A stretch of 64,000 nt of DNA, taken from the NCBI GenBank assembly GCA_025786725.1, contig JAHLTZ010000022.1, positions 408,435 through 472,434 on the forward strand. The letters run 5' to 3'. Origin of the DNA: Syncephalis fuscata S228 (taxonomy: Eukaryota; Fungi; Zoopagomycota). Positions 42,613 to 56,084 of the stretch are shown here, one piece after another. The notes beneath the pieces are model-generated. The model was not told where the DNA came from, searched no databases, and saw only the letters and a program-made list of their open reading frames with translations. The translations under genes and the position numbers were made by a program. The first letter of the stretch is position 1; every line of letters starts with the position of its first letter.

Positions 42613-44018
42613 TGTAATAAGCTATCGCTTGCCGTCACCGGTTATTCGACGATTTTAACTGCGTGCGTGCGTGTTTGCGTGTACACTGGCAATTTCCCAG
42701 TAAAAAAAGAAAACTAGAACCAGTGCTTATCGCTGCTATATCGCAAGTTAACCGATGCACTGCACCAGGCGTAGCCAATCGATCACTCTTATGCCCAAAA
42801 GCAAAGCAGAGTGTATACACGACACTGTTATTAGAATCTACCAGATAAAGCCACGTAAAAACCCAACCGGATTAGCATATAGTCCACAGGGTCAGTCAGT
42901 AAGTAAATAAGTAAATAAGTAAGTAAGATTGAAATATAATAAAAAAGAGAGAGAGAGGAATCATAACAAAAGAGATCGCGCAACAAAATAGTCATCGCGT
43001 AGCATATATATACTAGTCGCATACAATAGTAATTGCCATAGCAAATAACAACATCAGCATGCCCGTTATCGTGTATACAACTATTTACCAATATCTCTAT
43101 TAGTAAACCAGGCTGCATCCGCCGACCTGGCAACAACAAACTAATAGTGTATGTGCGATTGTGGGTGTGAGACCTACCAGAAAACAGAGAGGCGACAAAT
43201 GCTTGTGTGAACAAGAAGTCAGTCTCACAGCATTGAAGGCGTATTTTCCACTTCTCCACTTGCGCGGGACAAGAAGTAGCTGAGCTATCTATGGCATCAA
43301 TGAAGATTTAAAACTATGATAGTTTAAAACTGGCAAAGTTGATTTAGTGCTTTATGATTTGCAATTTAGATAACTAAACAACACGTTATCCTGGTGTTAT
43401 ATTATAACGTTAGTTTCCGATGCTTATTATCGCTTACCTTAACACTCGAAATACAATGTGTTAGTTGATTATATTATTTGATAATAAACTTACTCCTTAT
43501 TGGTTAATAATTACCACAGTTTTAGTTATAGTAAATTAAGTAGCTTGTATAACACCGTGGAAATAAAATGAAACTAGAGGTTAATAATATTTTATTGATA
43601 TTAGTAGTTATGGTTATATAAAAAACATAAATAAATAGAATATAAATACTTTGTACTATTTAATTACTAAAGCAACGTATTAGCCTGTATAGCTGCTTAT
43701 AGGTTTATAGCTAATAAGTAATTACTAGGCGTATTATTGCTAATAGTTATCGTTGATGATGTTTTATATACATACTATTTCTGTGACCGATCGTGTGCGA
43801 CTTTGATTATTCAATCACATGGTATATTCTAAACCACACTTTCACAGGACCCTGTCCAAAATATCAGGATAGTAACAATATCAATGGTGCGAGTCATTAT
43901 TGTTGTTGCCGCTTTTTGCCTATCAACTATTTATTAATAGTATTGGTAACCAATCTAGGCTCTTTTCTGTCGATCGAATATAGATTTTTGGAAATATTGA
44001 CCTTTTCAACCAAACGCC

Positions 44019-45595
44019 ATGTCCATCTCAACTACGCCATCAGCTGAGCGAGCCGCCCTAACTGATCTTGTCTCACTAAAGCATCGTCTTATGCTATTAA
44101 GACGAACTACAGACTCTATTAGCACACCAGCCATAAATCAGATTTATAGCGAAGTAAATGAGAAAGTTAAAGAGTTACTAAGCGAACGGGATAAAGAAGA
44201 TAAAGCGGCTGAAGCTTCTAAAAGTGCAATTCTAAGCAATGGGGAATCGGCCAATGAAGATGCCAGCCCGTATTCCATACGCAGTCGTGTCAATGATGTA
44301 ATCAATACTATATATCAAATAATTTCTTTATTCTGGATGGCATTGGGTAAAAATCGCGAGCCACCTGCTACCTATATCCAACTTGTTACGTTAAAGGTAA
44401 GCGTACTAGCTATGGCTTGTATTAGAGTGATTAATTAGCTTTATTAGCGTTCGTTGACGGTATTGGATGAATCGGGAGTTTACACTACGAGTAGGCGATA
44501 CAATTCGTAATAATCTAATTAGCAATACTAATAACTTATTAGATGATATAAAGCCTTATGAGACGAGACTTAACGAGCTAATGGAAATTATAAAGCAGAC
44601 TCCGGCTGGAAATATGCCTAGTGGTTTAGAATTACTAATTCAATCGGTATCCAAGTTATGTGGTAAGTAACTGCCTCATTGCTTTATTAATTTATATTAA
44701 TGTAGCTATTAGAGAATTTGGTAGAAAACTAAAACAAACAGCCGAAGAAGTTAATCCAATACTTTTACCAATTCAAACAAAATTGGTCAATTTGCGTAAT
44801 AGACTTTCTTGTTTGGTTGCAGATGAAGCAGAAATTTGCAATGAAGAAGTCATTCAACAGTTACAGCGTGAATTACGTGAAATCGATTCACAGCGTAAAG
44901 ATGGAAAATTTGTTGCGCCGGATGGTTCGATCCTAAAGGACAGGCTCAACTAGTTGGAATGTTAGAAGACTGCTATGACGATATCCACGACCTATTGGCA
45001 CTCGACAGAAAGTTATGTCGGATGAGATTCAACCGTTTTATGACAAACTAACTGAACTGCGGCGTCATCTCCAGTATTTATTGTCAACACATCGGTGGAC
45101 GTGTCGTGAGACGGATCTATGGCAGTATCAATTGCAGCTTCAAGAAATATCAAGTCTTCGTCGCCAAAATGGCCAGTTTGTCAATTCGGATGGAGAAATT
45201 ATTGCCGGCCAATCAGTATTGCATTATTTACTTCAGCGTTGCTATAGATTACTTAATATGCTTTATTCGGCAAGCGAACCCATTGCCAACTCATTAGTTC
45301 CTATTCATAATCAACTGTTGACGGTACGCAGATTTCTGATTGAAATTCACAAACTAGAAGGTGCACCATCAGGTAAATAGTGCTATAAATTGAAAATGTA
45401 TAATTAATTGCCTTAATAGAATCCGAGCTATTTCCATTGCAAATGAAACTAGCGCAAATAGATAATATTCGCGTTAACGGCAAGTTTGTTGAAGAAGACG
45501 GTACTATTCCAGAAGGACAGGCAATTGTTATGTCATTGTTGAATGAGTGTTATGATCGTTTATTTGAACTTCGTGCAGAAATACCATCGCAGTAA
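44019..45595 (+). CDS. UPF0662/DUF2408 protein (yeast YPL260W-like), multi-exon, apparent frameshifts near 44935 and 45012
   Basis: IISLFWMALGKNREPPATY, IDSQRKDGKFVAPDG, THRWTCRETDLWQYQLQL, IDNIRVNGKFVEEDGTIPEGQ. Confidence 0.85.
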
Positions 45596-45864
45596 AAATT
45601 TATGTTTGTTGTTGATTTAATAAAGCAAAAAGTAATAATGTTGCTACAAAAATGACTAATAATTGTTCCCTGTCATTACGTATTATGTATTATTTGAAAA
45701 CGCAGTTTATTTTTATTATTATTATTATTATTTACTAAGATTAAGTCAAAATAGTCAGGTTGTATCATAATGGCTATTTATTGAGCCGTATTGTGACAAC
45801 TCTTTTAAATATACCATAATAATTCTTTTTAGCTACATTATACTAGTTAATTTTTAGTTGATTA

Positions 45865-46957
45865 TTAAATAGGCTGTGGAATAAGCAGCTCTTTAATAGT
45901 CTTGCAAATGGCGCGTTTAATTTCTAAAAGTGGCTGATCGATTCCATCACGAATACATGAAGAAAGTGATTTCCCATCCGCTGGGACAAAAACTGATTGC
46001 ATAATTCCTGTAATATGTTCATTCGCTTCCTTAACCTCGTTGTATGTACCCTTTGATCTCTTTTCGACAGAGCTTACAGTATAGGCTTTTTCGAATTGTA
46101 CAAATGATATAGCATTTCCATTATCATTAATACAGACATCTAAACACTATGTTAAAGCCATTCAAATACTACTATACATAATACTTACCGCCCAGGTCAC
46201 GATTAACATGCCATCCAAGTCTTCGAATTGCCAATAAAACTAATACAATGCTTGTTTAATAGAGCTTTAATAGAATAGTTCAAACACTTACCATCTTTGA
46301 TGTTTTCGACTACTTTTAATCCAAATGTATCAATTTTCTTTGTTCGGCTTCATCTATCTTTGGCCAGCGATAAAATCCTTTTCCAAAATCGTGCCAATGT
46401 TCTGACACCATATCATATTTTTTAAATAAGCCTCTACCGTAATCGACAAGTTTTTGGTCACATCGATAATCTGTAACGTAGCAAGTCGATGCTTTCATAG
46501 CAACCGGAAAAGCATGAATAGGGCCATGGCTTATTTTTTTACCTGATTCGTTATTGATAACCTTATGGAGCAGTTTCTAATAAAATGACAGGAATTAGTT
46601 AATGGCAGCAAATTGCTATATATAGCGTACATCATGTAATTGTTTGGCCGGTTTATTTTCAGGAATACATGTCACCATAATCTTGTTGTTTTTGAACATT
46701 CCTATAGCTGAACTACTACTTGATCCAGATATTTCAGTAATTTCGACATTATTCTGAGCAAACGGATCGGTTCCATCCAAAAATAACCATAAAAGTATTT
46801 TACTATTGTAAGATTAAGTACATACATAGGAAAAACTGATAAGCTACAAACCTTTTGAAAATGGCCCTGGAACAGCATCAACATTAGACAATACTGAGGC
46901 TATTGTCAAAGTAATAGCAACAAAAGTAAGCTTAAATTTGGTATTCAGTATCATCAT
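45865..46957 (-). CDS. Secreted protein with degenerate kinase-like fold, multi-exon; probably the same family as 25394-26549
   Basis: Signal peptide MMILNTKFKLTFVAITLTIASVLSNVDA. Exons encode CYVTDYRC, a LLAIRRLGWHVNRDLG exon and DVCINDNG. Apparent frameshifts. Confidence 0.6.
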
Positions 46958-47522
46958 GATATGATACTAAGTGTTCCGTCAATATAAAATTCGTATTGAA
47001 TATGAGGCATACTTGCGAAAAAGGAGGTAATGATAGGCAAAAGGCTTAACAAAAATACTTCTGGTTTATATGTTGCATACTGAGTTAATTTATTGATACT
47101 CCATAAAGAAATGGTACGCGTGGGCGCCAGGATATAATTGTACAATCACGTTTGTTTCAACCAGTAGAAATAGGCGAATGACTTTCTATATTTACCAAAT
47201 TCTGGATTGGATACCATTTTGAACTATGACCCAGTTCATTTAGATAGCACTGTGTCTTGTATTTACAACACGTAAATAACAAACTGTCATTAAACTGAGT
47301 TTTTAGTACAAATTAAATCTATTTGGACGTAATAAATAGTAATTGTGAACTTGTCAAAGCTATACATATATATTGCTTAAATAACTAATTATTTAAATAT
47401 TCAATGCTTTAATATATATAAATATTTTTTATTATTTAAGTGCGTAAATATACTAATAAAAATAGCGTTTGACACTGCGTTATAAATATATAAAATAATA
47501 ATAATAAACGTATGATAAATCA

Positions 47523-49102
47523 TTAATTCTTTGGTCGCCATCGTGCACCATATAAATAAACTAATGCTGGCAATATACTACTAACTGAAAAGACCAGTGC
47601 TATGATTGTAAATGTCCAACCATTACCAAGTGAATCAACCATTTGAACAGCAAAAAGCGGTGTGATAGAAGCGAGCACTGCGCGTACAAAATTAGCCAGA
47701 CTAACTACAGATGCTGATCTTGACGTAAACGCATCAATTAAATAAACATTGACTACAGTATTGCTAATCATTAAGCCAATAGACACTATAATAATAGTGT
47801 TGTTAGCACTAAGCTATATCATTTAAACAATTCCACTTACTAATGAATGTTCCAATCAATGGTGTAAACCAATGAAAATTGGCATTTAAAAACCAGCCAT
47901 ACCTGTTGGAAACAGTTAGTTACTATTATGGTGTTGCTTAATAAACTTACAATAGAAATCCAAGTGGTGTTAAAATTGCCGAGGGCCATAATGCAATTAA
48001 ACGTACTTCAGCAGGTGGTTTCTCTTGTCTTTTGGCCTGCTCCTTGGCAAGAATGTAGTCGGCGTATTTCCCGCTAATTATTGTTCCAGTAATATTCCTA
48101 AGCCACTGGCTAAAAACGTTAAGCCAACCTGAGTCGTTGTAAATCCATACTGATTGATGAATGTGCGAGGCAATATAGTGATAAGCAAATACATAAAGCC
48201 AAATGCTATTCCAGGATATAGCATAGAAAATGTGACTGCTGGGAAGCGGAAGAAAATCAGCGGTCGAATTGGATTGAAACGACCTGACTTTTGGCGCATT
48301 TCTTTGTATAAAGTCTCGGGCATGGATAATACGTTAACAATGAGTGCCAAGCCACCTAATCCAGTCAGTAACCAAAAGATACTGTGCCATCCATGATATT
48401 GATTTAGCACACCACCAATTATTGGGCCTAGAATAAAGGTGTTAGTTAATATATACTATATTCTAATAGACTACATACCAATAACTGGGCCAATAAGAGG
48501 TCCAAGTAAAAAATAGCCCATTTTACTGCCTCGTTCGTGAATGTGGAAAACATCTGCAACACTTCCTGCACCAACGGCTGTGGCAGCCGACGAGCTACTT
48601 GCTTGGAGTATCCGCATAACGAGCAAAAGGCCTATACTGTTTGAAAGAGCGCATCCCACTGAAGTAAGAACGTACAATGCCAAAGAGACAATGTAAATTG
48701 GACGGCGGCCAAGTCGTTCCGAGAGTGGTGCCCAGACCATGGGTGCTATACCATAGAATAAAATGAAAAGTGAAACTGTAAGATTTACCATGGTGGTGGT
48801 GGTGTTTAAGTTTGTGGTAATATCCAGCAGTGCTGGTACATAGATGGTACTTGAAAGCGGGCCAAAAAAACCTGCTAACCCAGCTTGAAATAGAATCCAG
48901 TTCTTTTTTCGTTGGCTGAAAGCATTCACCGGAAGGTGTTCATCGTTGCCAGCTACGATATCTGATGCCAATGCAGGATTGGCATGCTTGGTGTCAATAC
49001 TAGGAACGGCAATAGCTACAGATGATTCAACTAGCAACAGAATTAGTAACCTGGTCGTTAATAAATGATTTCCTATTTACCTGTTTCTGTGTTAGCCGCC
49101 AT
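47523..49102 (-). CDS. MFS DHA1-type multidrug/polyamine transporter, multi-exon
   Basis: SSTIYVPAL, WAPLSERLGRRPIY, GAGSVADVF..ERG, GPLIGPVIG, YLIDAF...ASVVSLANFVR. Confidence 0.9.
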
Positions 49103-51320
49103 ATTAGCTATGCTAGTTTCGTTAAAATGCTACAATAGGTAGCGAAGACTTAGGGATAATGCAATGGATAATAAAGGGTATCCATTAGACTTGAGAACAA
49201 AGAATTTATACAGTTCCTCCACATCAATTCAATTTCATCTGATATTTCTGGATTTCCTTTTTTGGATGTGATGAATAAGCATTTAGCCGGATAAAGCACT
49301 GAGCACAATGTATCACTATGACTCGGCTCCGTTTAGAATCACGAGTTGCATCGGCATTCCCGCTTATAAGTTTATCCCACGCTATTCTATTTCTGTAACA
49401 GGTTGAAGGGGATAAAAAAACAAATCAACTCGGATATTCACGGAACTTGAAATTAACAGGACTGGTTTGTTTCGTTTTTTTGGTACATCTGCACGACTGC
49501 AATAAATTAATATTGGTTTACTCGAGTTTTTTTGCTATTCAAAGCGAAAGCCATTGAAATCATATCGTGACAATACTTTATTGATGGCATAATTGTAGTA
49601 TTTTTGTTCGAAAACCGTACTGCTTAAGTCCTTACTGCCTTTAGCACAAAAATAAAGCATGAAACAGCTACAATCGAAAAATAAGGTGGATTAGGACATA
49701 TTTCCACAGATTCAAAATTGTAACGTAGGATATAGATAAAAACATAATGCTTACAGCAATCTAACTAAATAAAGATTAAAAAAGGCAAGCTCTTTAGCTA
49801 TAAATAAACACTTTATAGTATATCAATGCTTGTAACACTTATAGTGGACCTATTGCACTAAAATTGTATTTTCGCTTGAATGGTAAATATAATTGAACCG
49901 ATGTTAATGTTTAGTATGGTAGCGAGCATTTGTACTACTACAATTGTCTCAAAAAATACACACTAAATTGTGTAAGCATCAATTTCTCGTTCATTGTCAC
50001 TTTATCCACTTACCAATGGTATATGTTATATAGTTTTGCATGGCAGTGACAGCAATGGAAGTGCATATTGATTGAATAAAATTTACATAGTGATAAAGCG
50101 CAATTAATGCCCCAAAGCCAATAATGTAAAAACCAATGCCGCCCATAGACTGGGCTGTAGTCAGCGTTTATGTAAATGCATGTGTCAGTATAATGAATGT
50201 ATATACATGTAAAGTTTGATATTTTTTAAGACCTACTGTTGCAAATCATCAGGCTAATACCTTGTTTTTTATAAAAAATTACAATTATTGACGCACCTAC
50301 CGTAAAGCCCACTATTACAAGTACAACCAGTGATTTTTTAAGCTTGGAAATACGTAAAACTTTTGAACTTAAAGTTGGAATAGTGAGCAATTGGAAAAAT
50401 TCAACCTTATTGTTTAATAATACACCAGATAGTCATCATAATATTAGACCAGTGAATATTTATATGAATTATATTTAAACTTATATCTTATATCACGTAT
50501 GCTTAAATTTTAGACTAAATAATAAATTATGGTTGTATTAACTTTTTAAAATTCATAGTAATTACAGCAATGTTTTATGATTAATAATAGTAACAATGTA
50601 ATTCCTCATACCGGCCACAAATGTAATAATATGGAATTAAATTATTTTATTTATATTGTTACTGTTCTGATATTCCAGACAGGGTCTTGTGCAAGTGTGA
50701 CCAAGAGATATACCATGCGATCGATTACAAGAATAATATATTTATCGAATATTAGTACCGATTACTAGTAACAAATGCCTATTACGACAATATGACGAGT
50801 AGCTACTTGTTAGTTGTAGGCATGTGAGCAGTTACCTGAACTAATATGCTGCACTAATGATGAAATACTACAAGGCATTCCAGTTTTATTATTAGTTATG
50901 TTTACTATATAATGATAGCTTTATTCAATATCAATAAAGAATAATCAAGTTTCTAGTCCAATATTATTTCTACTTAGTGTCATACAAGTTATTCAGTTTA
51001 TTATAGTTAAACTGTGGTAATTAATGACCAATAAGGAATAATTTTATTATAAAAGCAATACAGCCAAACAACACATTGTATTCTGAGCGTTAAGGTAAGC
51101 GTTAATAAGCATCAGAAATTAGCGTTACAGAATAGCAACAGGATAAGATGTTGTTTGGTCATCTAAGTTGCGATTTCTAAAATTAGAAGCGTAATAACAT
51201 TAATAAATAATAACAAAGTTTAAGAAAGTAAATGTTTTCAAGTACTAGCCTATAAACAAATACTTAGTATTATTTGTAAATGAAATTAGCTAATATGATC
51301 TAAACGCAAAATATTTATAA

Positions 51321-51820
51321 TATATTTTTGAATAAACAGTTAATTTTGTTGTCAATATATATAATTACAATATCTGCATTTAACGTTGATATATTCATAC
51401 TATCTTATGCTTATAACTAATACAATATAATTGCAAATGTCTTTAGTTAGTTTGACTAATAATTAATAATTATTGGATGCAAATAGAACATGAGTATAGA
51501 TATAACAATTCGATTGTATATAGCTAAAATGAACCACAAGTTTATTACTATAAGCTTGCACAGTTGAATAGAAACAACTAAATGCAAGCCTGTTGATAAA
51601 ATAATATCCCATTGATTAAAGACTGGATAAACCGGAGCATTGGCCAAAACTTGATATATAGATGACTGAATGGCGTAGTTGTCAAATAGTCTTGCATTTC
51701 ACCGAATATATACCTAAAGTGTGTTAAAATAGTGGTTTGATTGCACTACCAATGCTGATGTCTTGAAAGCACCTATTGTCCTGTGTTTACGAATAAAAAT
51801 ATTACATGTCCTATAATTAA
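51321..51820. repeat. ~500-bp near-identical duplicate (copy 1), the 3' end/UTR of micro-exon gene A
   Basis: Matches 58569-59070 almost base for base. Confidence 0.95.
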
Positions 51821-54800
51821 TTTTATAGGTTAACAATATATAATACTACTTACATTCTATTAATATTAAACAATTAATAAGTACATTTCATGGTATAAAA
51901 TTAGCACATAATCAGTTAATACAAAATACAACTTACTTTCTATTATATTAAGTTGTTGATATACAGAATACATAGTATATAATTAGTCTATGCTCTATTG
52001 ATATACAATGCTACTTACCGCCTATTAGTATTAAGTTGTTAATACACATGGTGTATAGCATGTGGTTAGTGCATATTCAGTTAATATACATTACCACTTA
52101 CAATCTATTGATAATAAGTCATTAGTACAATCAACAAATAGTAGGCGATTAGTTTATAGTTAATTAATATACAATACAACTCACAAGCTATTAAGATTAA
52201 GTTATTGGTACGCACAGCACATGGTACATAATTAGCGCATAATCATGTAGTATACAATACGACTTACTTTCTATTATATTAGGTTATTGATACACACAGT
52301 ACATGAATATAATCAGCGAGTAATTAGTTAATATACAATATAACTTACTGCCTATTGGTATTAGATTATTGGTACACATGGTGTATAACACGTGGTTAGT
52401 GCGTAATCAATTAATACACAATACAACTTACACTCTATTATATTAATTAATTGGCACAATTAGTAAATAGCATCTGATTAATGTATAGCCAATTAATATA
52501 TAATGCCACTTACTTTCTATTATATCGAGTCATTGGTACATACAGTACACGGCACATAGTTAATGTATAATCAATTAATATACAACGTTACTTGCCCACT
52601 ATATATTAAATCATTGATACACACAGTGCACGACACATAATTAATGAATAATCAGTTAAATACACAATACAACTTACTGCCTATTATGTTAAATTGTTAA
52701 TGTACGCAGTGCATAATATATGGTTAGTGTATAGTCAGTTAAAATACAATACAACTTACATTCTAATAATATCAAGTTGTTGGTACACAGATTACATAGA
52801 TATAATTAATGATTAATTATTTAATATATAGTATTACTTACCGCCTATTATATTAAGTCATTGATACACACAATGTACAATATAAAATTAAGATATAGTC
52901 AGTCAATATACAGTAAAACTTACTATCTATTAATATTAAGTTGTTCATACACACAGTACATGAGATATGATTAGCGTATAGTCAATTGATATACAGCACA
53001 ACTTACATGCTATTAATATTAATATATCGATACACAAAGTACGTGGCATATAGTTAATAAAAAGTTAGTTAATGTACAATACAACTTACTGCCTAGTATA
53101 TTAATTATTATATACACAGTACATGGTATATAATTAGTCTATGTTCTATTGATATACAATGCTACTTACAATCTATTATATTAAATTGTTAATATACACA
53201 GTACGTGGCATATAATTAGTGCATAGTAAGTTGATATAACATACAAATTACCAGCTATTAACATTAAATCATTGATACGCACAGTGCATGATATATAATT
53301 AGCACATAGTCAGTTAATATACAATATAACTTACTGCCTATTAGCATTAAGTCATTGGTGCACACAATACATGACATATACTTAGTGCATATTTAGTTAA
53401 TATACAATACCACTTACAAACTATTAATAAGTTATTGGTACAATCATTAAATAGTATGTGATTAATGTATAGTTAATTAATATACAATACCACTTACTTT
53501 CTATTGTGTTAAGTTGTTGGTGCATATAATACATAATGTATAATTAGTTTATAAGCCAGTAATATACGATGTTACTTACGGTCTATTATTATTATTAAGT
53601 TGTTAATGCATACAGTACATGGCATATAATTAGCGCAGTCAGTTAATATACAATACAACTTACGACCTATTAGTATTGTCATTGGTGCACACAATATATG
53701 ACATATAATTAGTACATATTTAGTTAATATACAATACCACTTACCATCTATTATATTAAGTCATTGGTACACAAAGTACATGACACATAAGTAGTACATA
53801 TTTAGTTAATATACAATATAACTTACTATCTATTAATAATTCATTAGTACAATCAACAAATAGTATGTGATTAGTGCATAGTTAGTTAATATACAACACA
53901 TCTTACCGCCTATTATATTGCGTCATTTATACACATAGTGCATGGCATATAATTAGTGCATAGTCAGTTAATATGCAATACCACTTGCCCCCTATTAATA
54001 TTGATTCATTGATACACATAGTACACGACATATAATTAGTGCATAGTCAGTTAATATACAATACCACTTGCCCCCTATTATATTAAGTTTTTGGTGCATA
54101 TAATATATAATGTATAATTAGTTTATAAGCCAGTAATATATGATGCTACTTACGGCCTATTATTATTAAGTTGTTAATGCACATAGTATATGGCACATAA
54201 TTAGCGCACATTCAGCTAACATACAATACCACTTACTAGCTATAATATTAAATTGTTGATGCGCACAACACATGGCATGTAATTAGCGCAGTCAGTTAAT
54301 ATGCAATACAACTTACGATCTATTATATTAAGCCATTGGTACGCGCAGTACATGGCGCATAATTAGTACATATTTAGTTAATATACAATATAACTTACTA
54401 TCTATAAAATTAAATTGTTCATACACATAGTACATGGCACATATTAGGACATATTTAGTTAATGTACAATACAACTTACTGCCTATTATATTAAATTATT
54501 AATATACACAGTACATGGTATATAATTAGTCTATGTTCTATTGATATACAATAGGACTTACAAGCTATTAATATTAGGTTGTTAATGCACACAGTACGTG
54601 ACATATAATTAGTGCATAGTAAGTTGATATAACATACAAATTACCAACTATTGATATTAAGTGTTAATGTACACAGTACATAGTATATAATTAGTTTATG
54701 TCCTATTGATATACAATAGAACTTACGACCTATTAGTATTAAGTCATTGGTGCACACAATACATGACATATAATTAACACATATTGAGTTAATGTACAAT

Positions 54801-55956
54801 ACCACTTACCACCTATTATATTAATTTTAATATACACAGTACATGGTATATAATTAGTCTATGTTCTATTGATATACAATAGGACTTACAAGCTATTAAT
54901 ATTAAGTTGTTAATGCACACGGTACATAACACATGATTAGTGTGTGGTCAGTTAATACAAAATTCCACATACAAACTATTGATATTAAGTGTTAATGTAC
55001 ACAGTACATGGTATATAATTAGTCTATGTCCTATTGATATACAATAGGACTTACAAGCTATTAGTATTAAGGTGTTAATACACATGGTGTATAGCATGTG
55101 ATTAGTGCATATTCAGTCAATATACAATATCGCTTACGGTCTATTATATTAAGTTGTTAATATACACAGTACATGGCATATAATTAGTGCATAGTCAGGT
55201 AATATACAATTTTACTTGCCCACTAATATATTATATTGTTGATACACACAACACAATATATAATTAGCGCATATTCAGTTAATATACAATACCACTTACT
55301 ATCTATGGAATTAAGTTGTTTATACACACAGTATATAGCATATAATTAGTATATAGCCGGTTGATATACAATACAACTTACTGCCTATTACATTAAATTG
55401 TTGCATACAGTACATGGTATATAATTAGTCTATGTTTTATTGATATACAATAAAACTTACAAACTATTAATATTAAATAATTGGTACAATCAATCAATAA
55501 CATCATCAATGTATGGCCAGTTAATATACAATACAACTTACAGCCTATTAATATTAAATAATTGATACAATTAGCAAATAGCATCGTTAATGTATAACCA
55601 ATTAATATGCGAATAACTTACGATCTATTAGTATTAAGTAATCGATACACACAGCACACGGCATATAATTAGTGTATAGTCGGTTGATATGCAATATAAC
55701 TTACAGCCTATTAATATTATTTATTAATGAATATAATATATAGTATATAATTAGCGAGTAATTAGTTGATACATAATATAACTTACGCTCTATTATAATC
55801 ATTAGTTAGCAATATTATTGGTAAGCAAATTCTATGGCATATTTATTGTTATTACAACATACCACGACGAACTAAGGCTGGCTTAGCATCCACCATGGCT
55901 GTACTGGCCACAAGCGCCACGACGATAGTGCAAATGACGGCAATAGAAAGCTTCAT
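51809..55956 (-). CDS. Micro-exon gene A: secreted Cys-rich peptide precursor (about 80 aa) built from a 94-nt leader exon, 49 three-nucleotide exons and a terminal exon
   Basis: Exon 1 (55956-55863) encodes MKLSIAVICTIVVALVASTAMVDAKPALVRR+G and is followed by gtatgt. Then 49 units of tag|NNN|gtaagt-like. The joined product is ERYRFCNMDPFSCGLACNNPSRGGDNGHQICTDCTYSECMEKCKTYCEK, then T+GA stop if the acceptor at 51811 or 51781 is used. Confidence 0.85.
51811..55862 (-). repeat. Tandem array of ~82-bp units (one ~79-nt intron plus one 3-nt exon), 49 micro-exons
   Basis: Plus-strand consensus ...TTAATATACAATACAACTTAC-NNN-CTATTATATTAAGTTGTT..ACACAGTACATGG.ATATAATTAG... recurs every 79-84 bp with no gap. 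Confidence 0.95.
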
Positions 55957-56084
55957 GGTGATATTGATTTGTTGAGACAAACAAATAAAAAAGATAGTAG
56001 AGTGTGGTTGGTATAGAGTGGGGAGTAGTGTGTGTTTAGAAAGAAGTAGAGTGTGATGATGATATCGCAGTTGGTTGTGTATAT

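Noticed and set aside
42635-43259. ORFs of 61-142 aa between Ars2 and DUF2408
   Set aside because: No recognisable motifs and low-complexity composition. Likely divergent promoter/UTR sequence.
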